DNA from: Candidatus Omnitrophota bacterium
Lineage (GTDB): Bacteria > Omnitrophota > Omnitrophia > Omnitrophales > Aquincolibacteriaceae
Reading direction: 5' to 3'
Assembly (NCBI GenBank): GCA_016196545.1
Contig: JACPXM010000048.1
Coordinates: 19,690-83,689 of the forward strand
DNA: 64,000 nucleotides
The notes beneath the pieces were generated by a model. It ran no database searches. It worked only from the letters and a program-made list of their open reading frames with translations, and was not told the origin of the DNA. Both the position numbers and the translations under genes were made by a program. Shown piece by piece: positions 38,405 through 48,147 of the stretch; positions within the stretch are counted from its first letter, which is position 1, and each line of letters begins with the position of its first letter.

Positions 38405-39403
38405 TCATTTTTTATAAAGCACGATACGAGAAGGAGTTAAAAAGAGATCCACGTCCTTTTTAAGGGAATGGCGGTAACGCTTGAGCGTGAGGGCCTTGCG
38501 TAACTCATTCCAGGTACGATAGTTCAGTCCACTTTGGACATCTACCTTTTGAAGTGCTTTATTTAAAAGACGGTATTGGAGCGCTGGACCGAAATTGAGG
38601 AAAATCTGTCGGTCTAAATAAATCCTGCCTCCGGCATTTTTTTTAAAGACCTTTTTCCAGGCATCCGATTGAAACCCTTCGAGGATTTCTTGTTCTTCTC
38701 CAAGGATGTGGGGAACCCTTGCCAGCGCGTGAACCACTCTCGGATTAAAATCATGCTCCAAAAGAGGGATGAGTTGGGAGCGGATTCTGTTTCTTAAAAA
38801 TCGATTTGACCGATTCGTTGCATCGATTCGGAAAGAAAAATGATGTTCCTTGAGAAAACATAAGATTTCTTTTTTTGAAAAAGAAAGCATGGGACGAATG
38901 ACTTTTACACGGCCTCGCAGCGCCACAACGGGACGAATTCCGCACAGCCCAGCAAGCCCCGTTCCTTGCACGATACGCATCAAAATTGTTTCTGCCTGGT
39001 CCTCGAGGGTATGTGCCGTGACCAGCTTATCCACGCGTTGAGTTTTCGCCTGATTCAAAAAATAGTCATAGCGCGCTTTACGGGCAGCTTCTTCGAGAGA
39101 GAGTTTATTTTTTTTAAAATTCTTTTTTTGCCGCGCCGAAAATTGTCCGACGGTGCAAGGAATATGAAAGTTCGCGCACAGTTTTTCAACCCAGCGGGCG
39201 TCTTTTTGGGAATCTTTCCCTCGCCAGCCGTGATCATAATGAAGAACCCCTATTTTGAGTTTCCAAGAAGGGACGAGGAATCGGAAAAGATGCAGAAGCG
39301 CCGTAGAATCCGGACCGCCGGAGCAGGCAATAAGAATTTTATCGCCTGGGAAAATTAATCGGGATTGGTTGAGGAGGATTTCGAATTGGGATAAAAGATT
39401 CAT
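38405..39403 (-). CDS. tilS: tRNA(Ile)-lysidine synthase
   Basis: PP-loop SGGPDS and tilS-ftsH synteny. Confidence 0.88.
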   Translation of the reverse strand: MNLLSQFEILLNQSRLIFPGDKILIACSGGPDSTALLHLFRFLVPSWKLKIGVLHYDHGWRGKDSQKDARWVEKLCANFHIPCTVGQFSARQKKNFKKNKLSLEEAARKARYDYFLNQAKTQRVDKLVTAHTLEDQAETILMRIVQGTGLAGLCGIRPVVALRGRVKVIRPMLSFSKKEILCFLKEHHFSFRIDATNRSNRFLRNRIRSQLIPLLEHDFNPRVVHALARVPHILGEEQEILEGFQSDAWKKVFKKNAGGRIYLDRQIFLNFGPALQYRLLNKALQKVDVQSGLNYRTWNELRKALTLKRYRHSLKKDVDLFLTPSRIVLYKK

Positions 39404-39431
39404 AATGAATGGTGCCTTGCGCGAAACCGAA

Positions 39432-39504
39432 TGGCGGGGGGGAGAATCGAACTCCCGACGCGAGGCTTATGAGTCCTCTGCTCTACCAACTGAGCTACCC
39501 CGCC
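39432..39504 (-). tRNA. tRNA with CAT anticodon (elongator Met or lysidine-dependent Ile2; not initiator-like)
   Basis: Manual cloverleaf: GGCGGGG/CCCCGCC acceptor with G1-C72, anticodon loop CTCATAA, one A31-G39 mismatch, and no GGG/CCC initiator stem. Confidence 0.8.
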
Positions 39505-39587
39505 AAAAAAGTGTGTGCCCGGATGCCCTCACGCACTTGCGCGAGGACTGCTCGTGAGAAACTTGAGGTTTCTCTACGAGCAACACA

Positions 39588-39661
39588 TGAGCCCGGATGG
39601 ATTCGAACCATCGACACCGTCCTTAAAAGGGACGTGCTCTACCAGGCTGAGCTACGGGCTC
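39588..39661 (-). tRNA. tRNA-Lys (anticodon TTT)
   Basis: Manual cloverleaf: GAGCCCG/CGGGCTC acceptor, anticodon loop CTTTTAA, T-loop GGTTCGAATCC. Confidence 0.9.
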
Positions 39662-39757
39662 ACGGAATATCGAATTCAAAATGCCGTTTTACTGCCACCC
39701 ATCTTTAATTTGCAGATCCGCTATTACCAGCAGTCCCGCAACGGGACGGGCTCATAA
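39662..39757 (-). repeat. Conserved tRNA-upstream module, copy 2 (ATATTCCGT abutting tRNA +1; hairpin GTCCCG-TTG-CGGGAC about 72-86 nt upstream)
   Basis: Alignable with 12470-12565 (see copy 1). Confidence 0.6.
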
Positions 39758-39836
39758 AAAGGGCTAAATAGGCAAAATCAGCACAAGAGGCAATAGCGCG
39801 TATATTTTGTATCAAAAGCGGTAGGCCTATTAGGCT

Positions 39837-40409
39837 TTAGATTGCGTGAATTTCGTTTTCCTTGTGTTTCAGGGCCTCGTCCGTCTGGGCGATAAAACCG
39901 TCTGTGATTTTCTGGATTTCTTTTTGAGTGGCGTGGGAAACGTCCTCAGGAATGGTCTTGGCCTTTTCAAGTTTCTTCACCTGCTCGATACCTTCATGAC
40001 GCGAATTGCGAATCGAAACGCGCCCTTCTTCGGCCACTTTGCGTACCAGGCGCGTCAACTCCTCACGCCTTTCCTCCGTAAGTGGAGGGATTTGCATGCG
40101 AACAATCTTTCCATCATTGATCGGCGTAAGTCCAAGCCCGGATTTTTGAATGGCCTTTTCAATTTCGTTAATGACCGTGATATCCCAAGGTTGAATTGCA
40201 ATCGTTTTCGGATCGGGCGTGGAAATGCTGGCCAGCCCCCGAAGCGGTGTCGGCGTATTGTAATAATCCACCTGAATACCTTCCACCAACGCAATGGAAG
40301 CGCGTCCCGTCCGGATATTCTGGAATTCCTTTTTTGTGGCTTCTAGGGACTTTGACATTTTTCGCTTTATGTCTTCGGTCACTTTTTTCACATCAAGTGT
40401 TTCAACCAT
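39837..40409 (-). CDS. frr: Ribosome recycling factor
   Basis: Full-length Frr similarity (RTGRASIALVEGIQVDYY; PPLTEERR). Confidence 0.93.
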   Translation of the reverse strand: MVETLDVKKVTEDIKRKMSKSLEATKKEFQNIRTGRASIALVEGIQVDYYNTPTPLRGLASISTPDPKTIAIQPWDITVINEIEKAIQKSGLGLTPINDGKIVRMQIPPLTEERREELTRLVRKVAEEGRVSIRNSRHEGIEQVKKLEKAKTIPEDVSHATQKEIQKITDGFIAQTDEALKHKENEIHAI

Positions 40410-40422
40410 AGATTCCCCCCTC

Positions 40423-41139
40423 TTAAAAAATCATCGTCCCGATTTTATCGCCTCCCATGACGCGGCGGATATTGCCTTCTTTGGTCAAATTAAAGACAAT
40501 CACGGGCAGCTTGTTATCCATGCAAAGCGAGATGGCGGTGGAATCCATCACCTCTAGTTTTTTTCGAAGCACGTCAATGTAGCGAAGACGCTGATATTTT
40601 TTCGCGTCTTTGTATTTCATGGGATCCTTGGTGTAGACCCCATCCACTTTCGTTGCTTTCAAAATGACCTCCGCCCCGATTTCAATCGCCCGCAACGCGG
40701 CAGCGGTATCGGTTGTAAAATAGGGATTACCCGTTCCGGCTGCGAAAATAACGACGCGTTTTTTTTCCAAATGACGCATGGCACGGCGGCGGATATAAGG
40801 TTCGGCGAGTTCCTTAATTTCAAGTGCCGAAAGAATGCGGGTAATGACACTGACTTTTTCCAGGGCGTCCTGAAGCACCATGGAATTCATGACGGTGGCC
40901 AGCATCCCAATATAATCCGCCGTGGAGCGGTCCATGCCCGCCTTGGAGGCTTGAATACCCCGGAAAATGTTGCCTCCTCCAATGACAATCGCGACATCAA
41001 TTCCTAACTCAAGGATTTCTTTGACTTGAAGGGCGATAGAATGGGCTACTTTGGGGTCAACGCCATATCCCAGCTCTCCCTGAAGGGCTTCTCCAGAGAG
41101 CTTCAGCAAGACACGGTTGTACACGGTTTTTTTGGCCAT
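40423..41139 (-). CDS. pyrH: UMP kinase
   Basis: [12 protein letters not shown]-terminus and GGGNIFRG motif. Confidence 0.93.
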   Translation of the reverse strand: MAKKTVYNRVLLKLSGEALQGELGYGVDPKVAHSIALQVKEILELGIDVAIVIGGGNIFRGIQASKAGMDRSTADYIGMLATVMNSMVLQDALEKVSVITRILSALEIKELAEPYIRRRAMRHLEKKRVVIFAAGTGNPYFTTDTAAALRAIEIGAEVILKATKVDGVYTKDPMKYKDAKKYQRLRYIDVLRKKLEVMDSTAISLCMDNKLPVIVFNLTKEGNIRRVMGGDKIGTMIF

Positions 41140-41168
41140 CTTAGCGCTATCTGGGTTTCGGAAGGACG

Positions 41169-41774
41169 CTAGTTGCCGCCAAGTTCAAAACGGATGAACC
41201 GGCGAATCACGATATTCTCGCCGATTCGCGCGATGGTTTCCGTCAAATAATCCTGAACCGTACGGGAATCATCTTTAATAAATTTTTGATTCAGCAAACA
41301 AATTTCTTCAAATCGCTTTGCCAGCTTTCCTTCAATGATCTTTTCCTGAACTTGCGCGGGTTTCCCCTGAACTTCCTTCAGATAATTAGCTTTCTCATTT
41401 TCAAGATCGAGCGCCGGGATCTGCTCGACTGAAACGTAAAGTGGATGCGCCGCAGCAATCTGCATGGCCATATCACGGGCAAATGCCTGAAATTGCTCAT
41501 TCTTTGCCACAAAATCGGTTTCACAATTGATTTCAACCATCACACCAAGCTTTCCGCCGCCGTGAATGTAGGAAATCACCTGCCCCTCTTTGACCTCACG
41601 TGTGGATTTTTTCTTAGCGATGTCAAGGCCTTTGCGGCGCAGGATGTCCTGAGCCTGCTTTAAATCCCCTTTCGCTTCCGCGAGGGCATTGCGGCAATCC
41701 ATCATTCCGGCCCCCGTAAGCTCGCGAAGTTTTAATAGGATTTCTTTTTGGTCCGTAGGTGCCGACATAGTCAT
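41169..41774 (-). CDS. tsf: Elongation factor Ts (short form, ~200 aa)
   Basis: [19 protein letters not shown]-like N-terminus. rpsB-tsf synteny. Confidence 0.9.
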   Translation of the reverse strand: MTMSAPTDQKEILLKLRELTGAGMMDCRNALAEAKGDLKQAQDILRRKGLDIAKKKSTREVKEGQVISYIHGGGKLGVMVEINCETDFVAKNEQFQAFARDMAMQIAAAHPLYVSVEQIPALDLENEKANYLKEVQGKPAQVQEKIIEGKLAKRFEEICLLNQKFIKDDSRTVQDYLTETIARIGENIVIRRFIRFELGGN

Positions 41775-41778
41775 TGTG

Positions 41779-42726
41779 TCACTTAACTTTTCCCCCTTCT
41801 TTACGGGGATTGCGTTTGGGCTTCACTTTGGTAATGGGCTTGATTTCATTCAGAGAAACTTCCTTGGTCCCAAAACGAGAGGCCAGTTGTTCCTCGATCG
41901 GATCTTCCACTGTTTCCGGAACGACCTCGGCCGATAAAATATCTCCGGTTTCAGAAGCTGCTTCCGGCGGAGCTATTGCCGAGGGTATTTCTGTCTCAGC
42001 TTCTTCGGAGCTTGGCTCCTCTGAGGGGGCAGTGGTTTGAAGATAAAGCGAGCGGCCTTCTTTAATCGCTCCCGAAATTAAATCACAAAAAAGTTTCACG
42101 GAGCGGATCGCATCATCATTGCCTGGGATGGGATAATCCACAACATCGGGATTGCCATTTGTATCCAGCACCGCCACCACCGGAATACCAAGTGTAACGG
42201 CTTCGTGAATCGCAATTTCCTCTTTTTTAGAATCAATCACAAATAATGCGGAGGGAAGGCTTTTCATATTTTTCACACCGCGCAAATTTTTTAGGAGTTT
42301 TTCCCGCTCTTTTTTGAGCATCATCACTTCTTTTTTCGTTACAAACTGAAAATTGCCCTCGCGCTCCATTTCATCGATGGACTCCAGTTTCTTTACCGAT
42401 TTGCGCACGGTTTCAAAATTCGTCAGCATGCCACCAAGCCATCGCTGGTCCACATAGGGCATTCCGCAAGAATCAGCCGCCAGACGAATGGGTTCCTGGG
42501 CCTGACGCTTGGTGCCTACAAAAAGTACTTCTTTGCCCTGTAAGGTGGTTTGCTTTAGAAAATTGAGTGCTGTTTCCATGCAGCTTAATGTGATTTCGAG
42601 ATTGATGATGTAGATGCCATTGCGCGCCCCGAAAATGTATTTTTTCATCTTGGGGTTCCAACGCTGGGTCTGATGCCCGAAGTGGACACCGGCTTCGAGA
42701 AGCTGTTTGATCGTGACTTGTGACAA
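41779..42726 (-). CDS. rpsB: 30S ribosomal protein S2 with ~85-aa acidic/Pro-rich then Lys-rich C-terminal extension
   Basis: LLEAGVHFGHQTQRWNPKM N-terminus. TTG start with AAGGAGG 10 nt upstream. Confidence 0.92.
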   Translation of the reverse strand: MSQVTIKQLLEAGVHFGHQTQRWNPKMKKYIFGARNGIYIINLEITLSCMETALNFLKQTTLQGKEVLFVGTKRQAQEPIRLAADSCGMPYVDQRWLGGMLTNFETVRKSVKKLESIDEMEREGNFQFVTKKEVMMLKKEREKLLKNLRGVKNMKSLPSALFVIDSKKEEIAIHEAVTLGIPVVAVLDTNGNPDVVDYPIPGNDDAIRSVKLFCDLISGAIKEGRSLYLQTTAPSEEPSSEEAETEIPSAIAPPEAASETGDILSAEVVPETVEDPIEEQLASRFGTKEVSLNEIKPITKVKPKRNPRKEGGKVK

Positions 42727-42872
42727 GAGAAAGTTTCCTCCTTATGTAGGACCACCCATAGAATCCGCGAATTAACGGAAGGAAGTATTTATGGATAATC
42801 TGGCGATTAAAATCGACGCATTCTACTGAAATTCGCCCTTATCGGCAAGTGCTTTTTCTAAAAGCTGCCCCG

Positions 42873-43337
42873 CTAGGGCTGAACGGCGTCTAAAACCTCT
42901 TCGCAATGGCCGTCTACCTTGACCTTAGCAAAGATTTTCGCAACTTTTCCCTGCTTATCAATAATAACAGTGGTACGCTCAATTCCCATAAATGTCTTTC
43001 CATACATGGATTTTTCCTTCCAAACCCCGTACATCTTGACGACCTCTTTAGTCGTATCGCTCAATAAGGGAAACGACAAATGGTATTTGTCGCGAAACTT
43101 CTTATGGCTTTCTACGGAATCTGCGCTGAGTCCCAAAATAACCGCGTTCTTTTTTGCGAAAATCTTGGCCTCATCGCGAAAACTGCAGGCCTCTTGGGTG
43201 CAGCCTGGTGTGTCGTCTTTGGGATAGAAATAAAGCACGACGTTTTGCCCCCGATAGTCTGAGAGTTTAACGTCTCTTCCTTCAGTAGAGGCAAGTGTAA
43301 AATCCGGAGCAAGATCTCCTTTCTTAATTTGCGGCAT
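42873..43337 (-). CDS. bcp: Thiol peroxidase Bcp/PrxQ (peroxiredoxin)
   Basis: [15 protein letters not shown] active site. Start moved to ATG 43337 ([13 protein letters not shown]). Confidence 0.88.
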   Translation of the reverse strand: MPQIKKGDLAPDFTLASTEGRDVKLSDYRGQNVVLYFYPKDDTPGCTQEACSFRDEAKIFAKKNAVILGLSADSVESHKKFRDKYHLSFPLLSDTTKEVVKMYGVWKEKSMYGKTFMGIERTTVIIDKQGKVAKIFAKVKVDGHCEEVLDAVQP

Positions 43338-43360
43338 AGTATTTTTTTTTAGGGCCGTTT

Positions 43361-44752
43361 TCACTTTACCTTCGGTTGTGTCAAATTTTCCGGGGAAAGA
43401 ATTTTTTCGATTTGGGACTTGTTTAAAAACCCTTTTTCCAGCACAACTTGACGAAGTGTTTTTCCCGTTCGCACCGATTCTTTGACGCATTCTGCGGCTT
43501 TACTATACCCAAGGGTGGGGTTCAGCGCCGCGGCAATCCCGTAGCTGGTTTCCGCATACTCACGGCATCTTTCGGGATTTGCGGTAATTCCTTGAATGCA
43601 AAGCGCGGCCAAAACGCGCGTCACATTTTTTAAAATTTCAAGCGACTGAAGTAGGTTATGGATAAGGACCGGCCGCATCACATTCAGTTCCAACTGCCCC
43701 CCGCTCGTGGCAGCCGCAATGGCCGCGTCATTTCCAATCACTTGATAGGCAACTTGGGCACTCACCTCAAGCATCACCGGATTGACTTTTCCGGGCATAA
43801 TGGAAGAACCGGGCTGTCGTGCCGGCAAATTGATTTCCGAAAATCCGGTTTTTGGACCTGAGTTTAAAAGGCGCAGGTCATTGGTTACTTGAAGAAGGGA
43901 AAGCGCGTAGACCCGAAGGGCGCCGGATAACGCGGCAATGTCCGCATCCGACTGCATGACTTCAAACATATTCTTTGCACTTTGAAGCGAAAAGCCGGTC
44001 AAAGAACGCAAATTTGCGATCACATGTCTGCGGTATTCAAGCGATGTATTGAGGCCTGTTCCTACCGCAGAACCGCCAATCCCAAGCTCCCGCAAAAATT
44101 CTGCAACAAGCTCCGCACGCTTTCTTCCCTTTTCCAGCTGGCGGGCCCAGCCGCTGAATTCCTGTCCCAGCGTAATCGGTGCCGCGTCCTGCATATGCGT
44201 ACGACCGGCCTTAACAATTTTTAAAAACTCGCGGGCCTTCTTTTGTAATGACAATTCCAAAATTTTGGAAGACTCGCAAAATGCCTTGAAGAGTTTAAGT
44301 GCCGAAAGCCGCATCGCGGTCGGAATCACATCGTTCGTGGATTGCCCCATATTGACATGATCATGGGAATGAAGGAATTCGTAGTCCCCGCGCTTTTTGC
44401 CCAAAAGCTCCAGCGCACGGTTGGTGATAACTTCATTAAAATTCATGTGTGCAGAAACACCCGCTCCGGATTGAAGGGCATCGGTAACAAATTGATCCTG
44501 AAGTTTTCCGGAAAGGATTTCATCACAGACGCGGATAATGGCCTTGGCCCGGCGCGTATCTAAACGTTTGAGGGATAAATTCGCATGGGCGCAGGCCTTT
44601 TTAAGGACCGCCATGGCCCAAAAAAAATCCGGGTGAAAGCGAAGGCCGGAGATGGGGAAATTTTCAAGGGCGCGGGCGGTTTCCGAGCCGTAATAAACGG
44701 AGGCGGGCACGGCCTTGGAGCCAAGAGAATCTTTTTCAATACGTGTCTTCAT
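43361..44752 (-). CDS. aspA: Aspartate ammonia-lyase (fumarase/aspartase family)
   Basis: [11 protein letters not shown] signature and TRIEKDSLG...RALENF N-terminus typical of aspartase. Start moved to ATG 44752. Confidence 0.8.
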   Translation of the reverse strand: MKTRIEKDSLGSKAVPASVYYGSETARALENFPISGLRFHPDFFWAMAVLKKACAHANLSLKRLDTRRAKAIIRVCDEILSGKLQDQFVTDALQSGAGVSAHMNFNEVITNRALELLGKKRGDYEFLHSHDHVNMGQSTNDVIPTAMRLSALKLFKAFCESSKILELSLQKKAREFLKIVKAGRTHMQDAAPITLGQEFSGWARQLEKGRKRAELVAEFLRELGIGGSAVGTGLNTSLEYRRHVIANLRSLTGFSLQSAKNMFEVMQSDADIAALSGALRVYALSLLQVTNDLRLLNSGPKTGFSEINLPARQPGSSIMPGKVNPVMLEVSAQVAYQVIGNDAAIAAATSGGQLELNVMRPVLIHNLLQSLEILKNVTRVLAALCIQGITANPERCREYAETSYGIAAALNPTLGYSKAAECVKESVRTGKTLRQVVLEKGFLNKSQIEKILSPENLTQPKVK

Positions 44753-44780
44753 GAAATCATCCGGAAGATTAATCGAAAGT

Positions 44781-45653
44781 TTACTGAAAGCTTTCAAGCA
44801 GCTTATTGAAATCCGGTGTTCCTTTGGCCTGGGAGCGTTCCTGAGTTGTTTTTATCCGTTCGCTAAAACTGGTGCGCTGATTTTTGTAGATCACGCCAAT
44901 CGGAATGGTTTCTTTTTCCAGTGCAAGTTTCATGGCTGCGAGTCTGTCTGTCGGATCATGCGAGGCATCCACAAATCGTATGCGCTGGGACACCGGTTTA
45001 TAAGTGTCATGAAACGTGGTGCAGGGGCTGATGACCTCAAGCAAAGCAAACCCTTTATGATCGACCCCCTGCGTGATAAGTTCCGTCAATTCCTTGGGTT
45101 TTCCCGAATAACCGCGCGCGACAAAGGAAATATCATAGGCAATGGCCATCGCAATGGGATTGAGCGGATCATCCAGCTGACCAAAGGGTGTCGTGCCTTT
45201 TACCATTTCCACAGGCGCCGTGGCCGAACCCTGGCCTTTGGTAAGACCATAGACTTCATTGTCCATAACAATGTAACAAACGTCAATATTGCGCCGCGCC
45301 GCGTGAGGAATATGCCCGGCGCCGATGGAATAAGCATCTCCGTCTCCCCCCACGGCAATGACCTCAAGATTCGGATTAGCCGTTTTCACACCCGTCGCTA
45401 CCGGAAGCACGCGCCCATGCACCGTATGAAATCCATAGGCATTGACATAAGCCGGAAGCCTCGAAGAGCAGCCGATGCCGGAGACGATCACAATATTTTC
45501 TGGAGAAAGCTGCTTGGTTGCGAGCATCCGATAAATGCAGGTGAGCACCCCAAAATCTCCGCATCCGGGGCACCAAACGGGATGCACGTCGGTTTTAAAG
45601 GGGGCGATATTAATTGCGCCGCCAGGAGGCTGGGGTATTGTTTCCGAAGCCAT
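44781..45653 (-). CDS. korB: 2-oxoglutarate/2-oxoacid:ferredoxin oxidoreductase beta (TPP-binding) subunit
   Basis: WCPGCGDFG motif and GDGD TPP-binding region. Start moved to ATG 45653, 10 nt after the korA stop. Confidence 0.85.
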   Translation of the reverse strand: MASETIPQPPGGAINIAPFKTDVHPVWCPGCGDFGVLTCIYRMLATKQLSPENIVIVSGIGCSSRLPAYVNAYGFHTVHGRVLPVATGVKTANPNLEVIAVGGDGDAYSIGAGHIPHAARRNIDVCYIVMDNEVYGLTKGQGSATAPVEMVKGTTPFGQLDDPLNPIAMAIAYDISFVARGYSGKPKELTELITQGVDHKGFALLEVISPCTTFHDTYKPVSQRIRFVDASHDPTDRLAAMKLALEKETIPIGVIYKNQRTSFSERIKTTQERSQAKGTPDFNKLLESFQ

Positions 45654-45663
45654 AGAAAATCTC

Positions 45664-47400
45664 CTATACATGATGCACGATTTGCTCGTGCACCTCTTCA
45701 ATTTTTTTCAAAATTTCATCCGGAGTGAAAGGAAGTCCCGCCAATTTGTTAAAGCAAACAACGTCCACTCCAAAGCGCGCACGGATTTCACGCGCGAATT
45801 GACCCGTGAAATTAAGTTCGGGGACAATAACCTTTTTGCAAGAACGGATAAAAACTCCGATTTCGGGGAGCATCGGATTGAGAAGCCTTGGGTGAAAGGC
45901 CGCGACTTTAATCCCGCGATCATTCGCCTTCGACAGGGCTTCGCGAATCACGCCTTCGGAGGACCCCCATCCGATAATGCCGATTTCCTGATCATTGACG
46001 CCGTGACGCCTGTAAATATCCGGACTTTTTAAGACAAGCTGAAGTTTTTTAAAACGCTTTTCGGTCATGCGCCAGTGATTTTCTGGCTCGTAGCTGAGCT
46101 CACAGCCTTCGTCGTGCTCAATCCCGGTAGCGGTAAAGACACCACCCTTTTCGCCCGGTACGGCCATGGGTGAAACGCCTGATTCGGTCAACCGAAAGCG
46201 TTTGTAATTTTCACAGTCACTCGCGGTGGGTTTGGTCCTTTCTTCAATCACAAGTTTGGAAGGATCGGGACGGCGAATGGTCGCCGTGCGCTGGGCCAAA
46301 TACTGATCGGAAAGTACAATCACCGGAACCTGACAGCGCACTGCAAAATTAAAGGCGCGAATAATTCCGTAGAAGGCGTCTTCCACGCTTGAAAGAGCCA
46401 TCACAATTCGCGGGGCCTCCCCGTGACCCGCGTAGAAGGCGTGATTCAAATCACTTTGTTCCGTTTTCGTCGGCATGCCGGTGCTTGGCCCTGCGCGCTG
46501 GCAATCGACAATCACCGCGGGAAGCTCCGCCATGCCTGCCAAGCCGATCAGCTCGGCCATCAAAGAAATACCGGGGCCGGAGCTGGCCGTCATGGCCTTC
46601 GCACCCGTGTAAGCCGCACCTAAGACCATGGAAAGCGCCGCAATTTCATCTTCCGCCTGCACGACGGCACCGCCTTGCTTGGGAAGTTCACGCGCTAAAA
46701 GCTCCATAATATCCGTGGCAGGCGTGATGGGATAACCTGCATAAAATTTACAGCCTGCGGCAATCGCTCCGAGGGCCAGGGCCTGGTTGCCCGACAAAAT
46801 AACGCGCTGCTCCTGAACCGGAACCTTCTCCACGAAATACAAATCCTTTTTCGGGATATTCTGCTCGACATATTGATATCCCTTTTTAAGGGCCTGGAAA
46901 TTTAAATTTAAAATAGCTTCGCCTTTTTTCCCAAGTTTTTGTTTGATGATAGTTTCAAGGATGGGATAATCAATTCCAAAAAGCTTGGAGAGAACGCCCA
47001 AGAAAATAATGTTTTTAGTCAGGTAGTTCCGCAGTTCCAAACGGGCCAAATCTGAGGCGGGAACACCATAGGCGTGAGTAGGCAGCGTACCGGAGGGCGT
47101 GCATGAAGAAGAGTCGTAAATCACCACCCCGCCCTCTTTACGCACGTCTTTGATGCTCCGGTCATACGCTTCTTGATTGAAACAGACCTGAACATCCACC
47201 GAGCTCCCCTGAGAGAGAAGGATTTCCGTGCTTGTTCTTAGCTGATACATCGCATAGCCGCCCTTGATTTCAGCAGGATAACTGCGAAAGGTATAAATTT
47301 CGTTTCCCATGCGTGCGCAGGCCAGCGTCAAAATCTCCCCGCAGCTAATCACGCCCTCTCCGCCTTCCCCGCCAACTCGAAACACTACGTCTTTCATCAT
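45664..47400 (-). CDS. korA: 2-oxoglutarate/2-oxoacid:ferredoxin oxidoreductase alpha subunit
   Basis: GGEGGEGV N-terminus, 578-aa fused gamma/alpha-type subunit. Start ATG 47400 with GAGGGAG SD. Confidence 0.85.
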   Translation of the reverse strand: MMKDVVFRVGGEGGEGVISCGEILTLACARMGNEIYTFRSYPAEIKGGYAMYQLRTSTEILLSQGSSVDVQVCFNQEAYDRSIKDVRKEGGVVIYDSSSCTPSGTLPTHAYGVPASDLARLELRNYLTKNIIFLGVLSKLFGIDYPILETIIKQKLGKKGEAILNLNFQALKKGYQYVEQNIPKKDLYFVEKVPVQEQRVILSGNQALALGAIAAGCKFYAGYPITPATDIMELLARELPKQGGAVVQAEDEIAALSMVLGAAYTGAKAMTASSGPGISLMAELIGLAGMAELPAVIVDCQRAGPSTGMPTKTEQSDLNHAFYAGHGEAPRIVMALSSVEDAFYGIIRAFNFAVRCQVPVIVLSDQYLAQRTATIRRPDPSKLVIEERTKPTASDCENYKRFRLTESGVSPMAVPGEKGGVFTATGIEHDEGCELSYEPENHWRMTEKRFKKLQLVLKSPDIYRRHGVNDQEIGIIGWGSSEGVIREALSKANDRGIKVAAFHPRLLNPMLPEIGVFIRSCKKVIVPELNFTGQFAREIRARFGVDVVCFNKLAGLPFTPDEILKKIEEVHEQIVHHV

Positions 47401-47458
47401 AAATGCTCCCTCATTTATTATTCTGAATCCCACCGCGGCCGATCTTCCGATTTTCGGA

Positions 47459-47899
47459 TTAACCCGAGGATTCTTTTTCTTCGGAATCCAAAATTAAAGG
47501 CTGTCTTTGACTGTAGCCGCGGCCGATGTCATGCCAATGCGTAATCTCCGCTTCTCCTAATTTCCAGCAAAGATAAACCATGCGCTCTTGATAAATCATA
47601 CAAAAATCAATGAGCCCGATTTCCACATCCTTCAAATAACATCCGAGATCGTGAATTTTATCCAAAATCTCATAAAAGGCCGTCACCCTTTGATTGTATT
47701 CCTCTACCTTTTTCGCGATTTCGGGGGATAATCCTTCCTCCGGTTTTTTCGTCACCAACTCCAAGGCATCAATTTCAACTTCAAACGCAGCCAATTGTTT
47801 TTGCCTTGCATGCAGATCATGAAGCCATTCGGTTAGCTTCGGTATAAGCCGGTTTGCTTCTTCCACCGTGAAGAGTTTTACCTGTTCCATTTCGCTCAT
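47459..47899 (-). CDS. DUF2203-family protein
   Basis: FTVEEANRLIPKL N-terminus and GLIDF...LCWKLGE...HWH C-terminal pattern as I recall for DUF2203. Function unknown. Confidence 0.55.
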   Translation of the reverse strand: MSEMEQVKLFTVEEANRLIPKLTEWLHDLHARQKQLAAFEVEIDALELVTKKPEEGLSPEIAKKVEEYNQRVTAFYEILDKIHDLGCYLKDVEIGLIDFCMIYQERMVYLCWKLGEAEITHWHDIGRGYSQRQPLILDSEEKESSG

Positions 47900-48013
47900 T
47901 TTAGGATACCCACCTTATGTTTCGGCCCTTCTGGGTTTTAATTAACATCTTTATTAGTAAAGAGTTGTATCTTTTTTAATAAAATTACAGACCAACCCCT
48001 CCCTGACAATGAA

Positions 48014-48022
48014 ATTATATCA
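48014..48022 (-). promoter_or_regulatory. Extended -10 promoter element TGATATAAT upstream of DUF2203-korAB
   Basis: Minus strand reads tatGaTATAAT, about 115 nt upstream of ATG 47899. The -35 is weak (AAGACT). Confidence 0.45.
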
Positions 48023-48069
48023 TAAAGGGAATTGGGAGTCTTGTTTCTTGATAAGCTGTAACCGTCACC

Positions 48070-48122
48070 ACCATCCCCACACCCGGTGTGTAAAAGCATT
48101 TCACACCGGGTGTGGGGATGGT
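48070..48122. repeat. Nested palindrome: 21-bp arms (accatccccacacccggtgtg / cacaccgggtgtggggatggt) with 11-nt loop; each arm contains its own CACAC-NNN-GTGTG palindrome
   Basis: Arms 48070-48090 and 48102-48122 are exact reverse complements. The 13-mer core is shared with 2358-2370. Confidence 0.85.
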
Positions 48123-48137
48123 AGGGGGGGGTGGGGG
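48114..48137 (+). other. G-rich tract with G-quadruplex potential (GGGG..GGGGGGGG.GGGGG)
   Basis: Runs of 4, 8 and 5 G on the plus strand, partly overlapping the right arm of the palindrome. Confidence 0.5.
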
Positions 48138-48147
48138 TGGAAATCCT

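Noticed and set aside
39690-39710. Sigma54-like TGGCA-N9-GC spacing upstream of tRNA-Lys(TTT), with a similar string upstream of tRNA-Arg.
   Set aside because: The -12 element lacks the TTGC consensus. The two loci do not align on the same TGGCA, and sigma54-dependent tRNA promoters are implausible. Treated as chance within the conserved module.
42727-42872. Possible S2-autoregulatory leader structure upstream of rpsB.
   Set aside because: I could not identify the conserved pseudoknot elements by eye, so no claim is made.
44715-45728. 337-aa plus-strand ORF. Other long plus-strand ORFs include 35006-35602, 24727-25335, 6447-7052, 62542-63135 and 5745-6233.
   Set aside because: All lie antisense to well-supported minus-strand genes (korB, yebC, hppA, serA/serC, the OMP). 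Their translations are low-complexity (R/G/H/F-rich), have no recognisable motifs and lack SD sequences, so they look like typical shadow ORFs.
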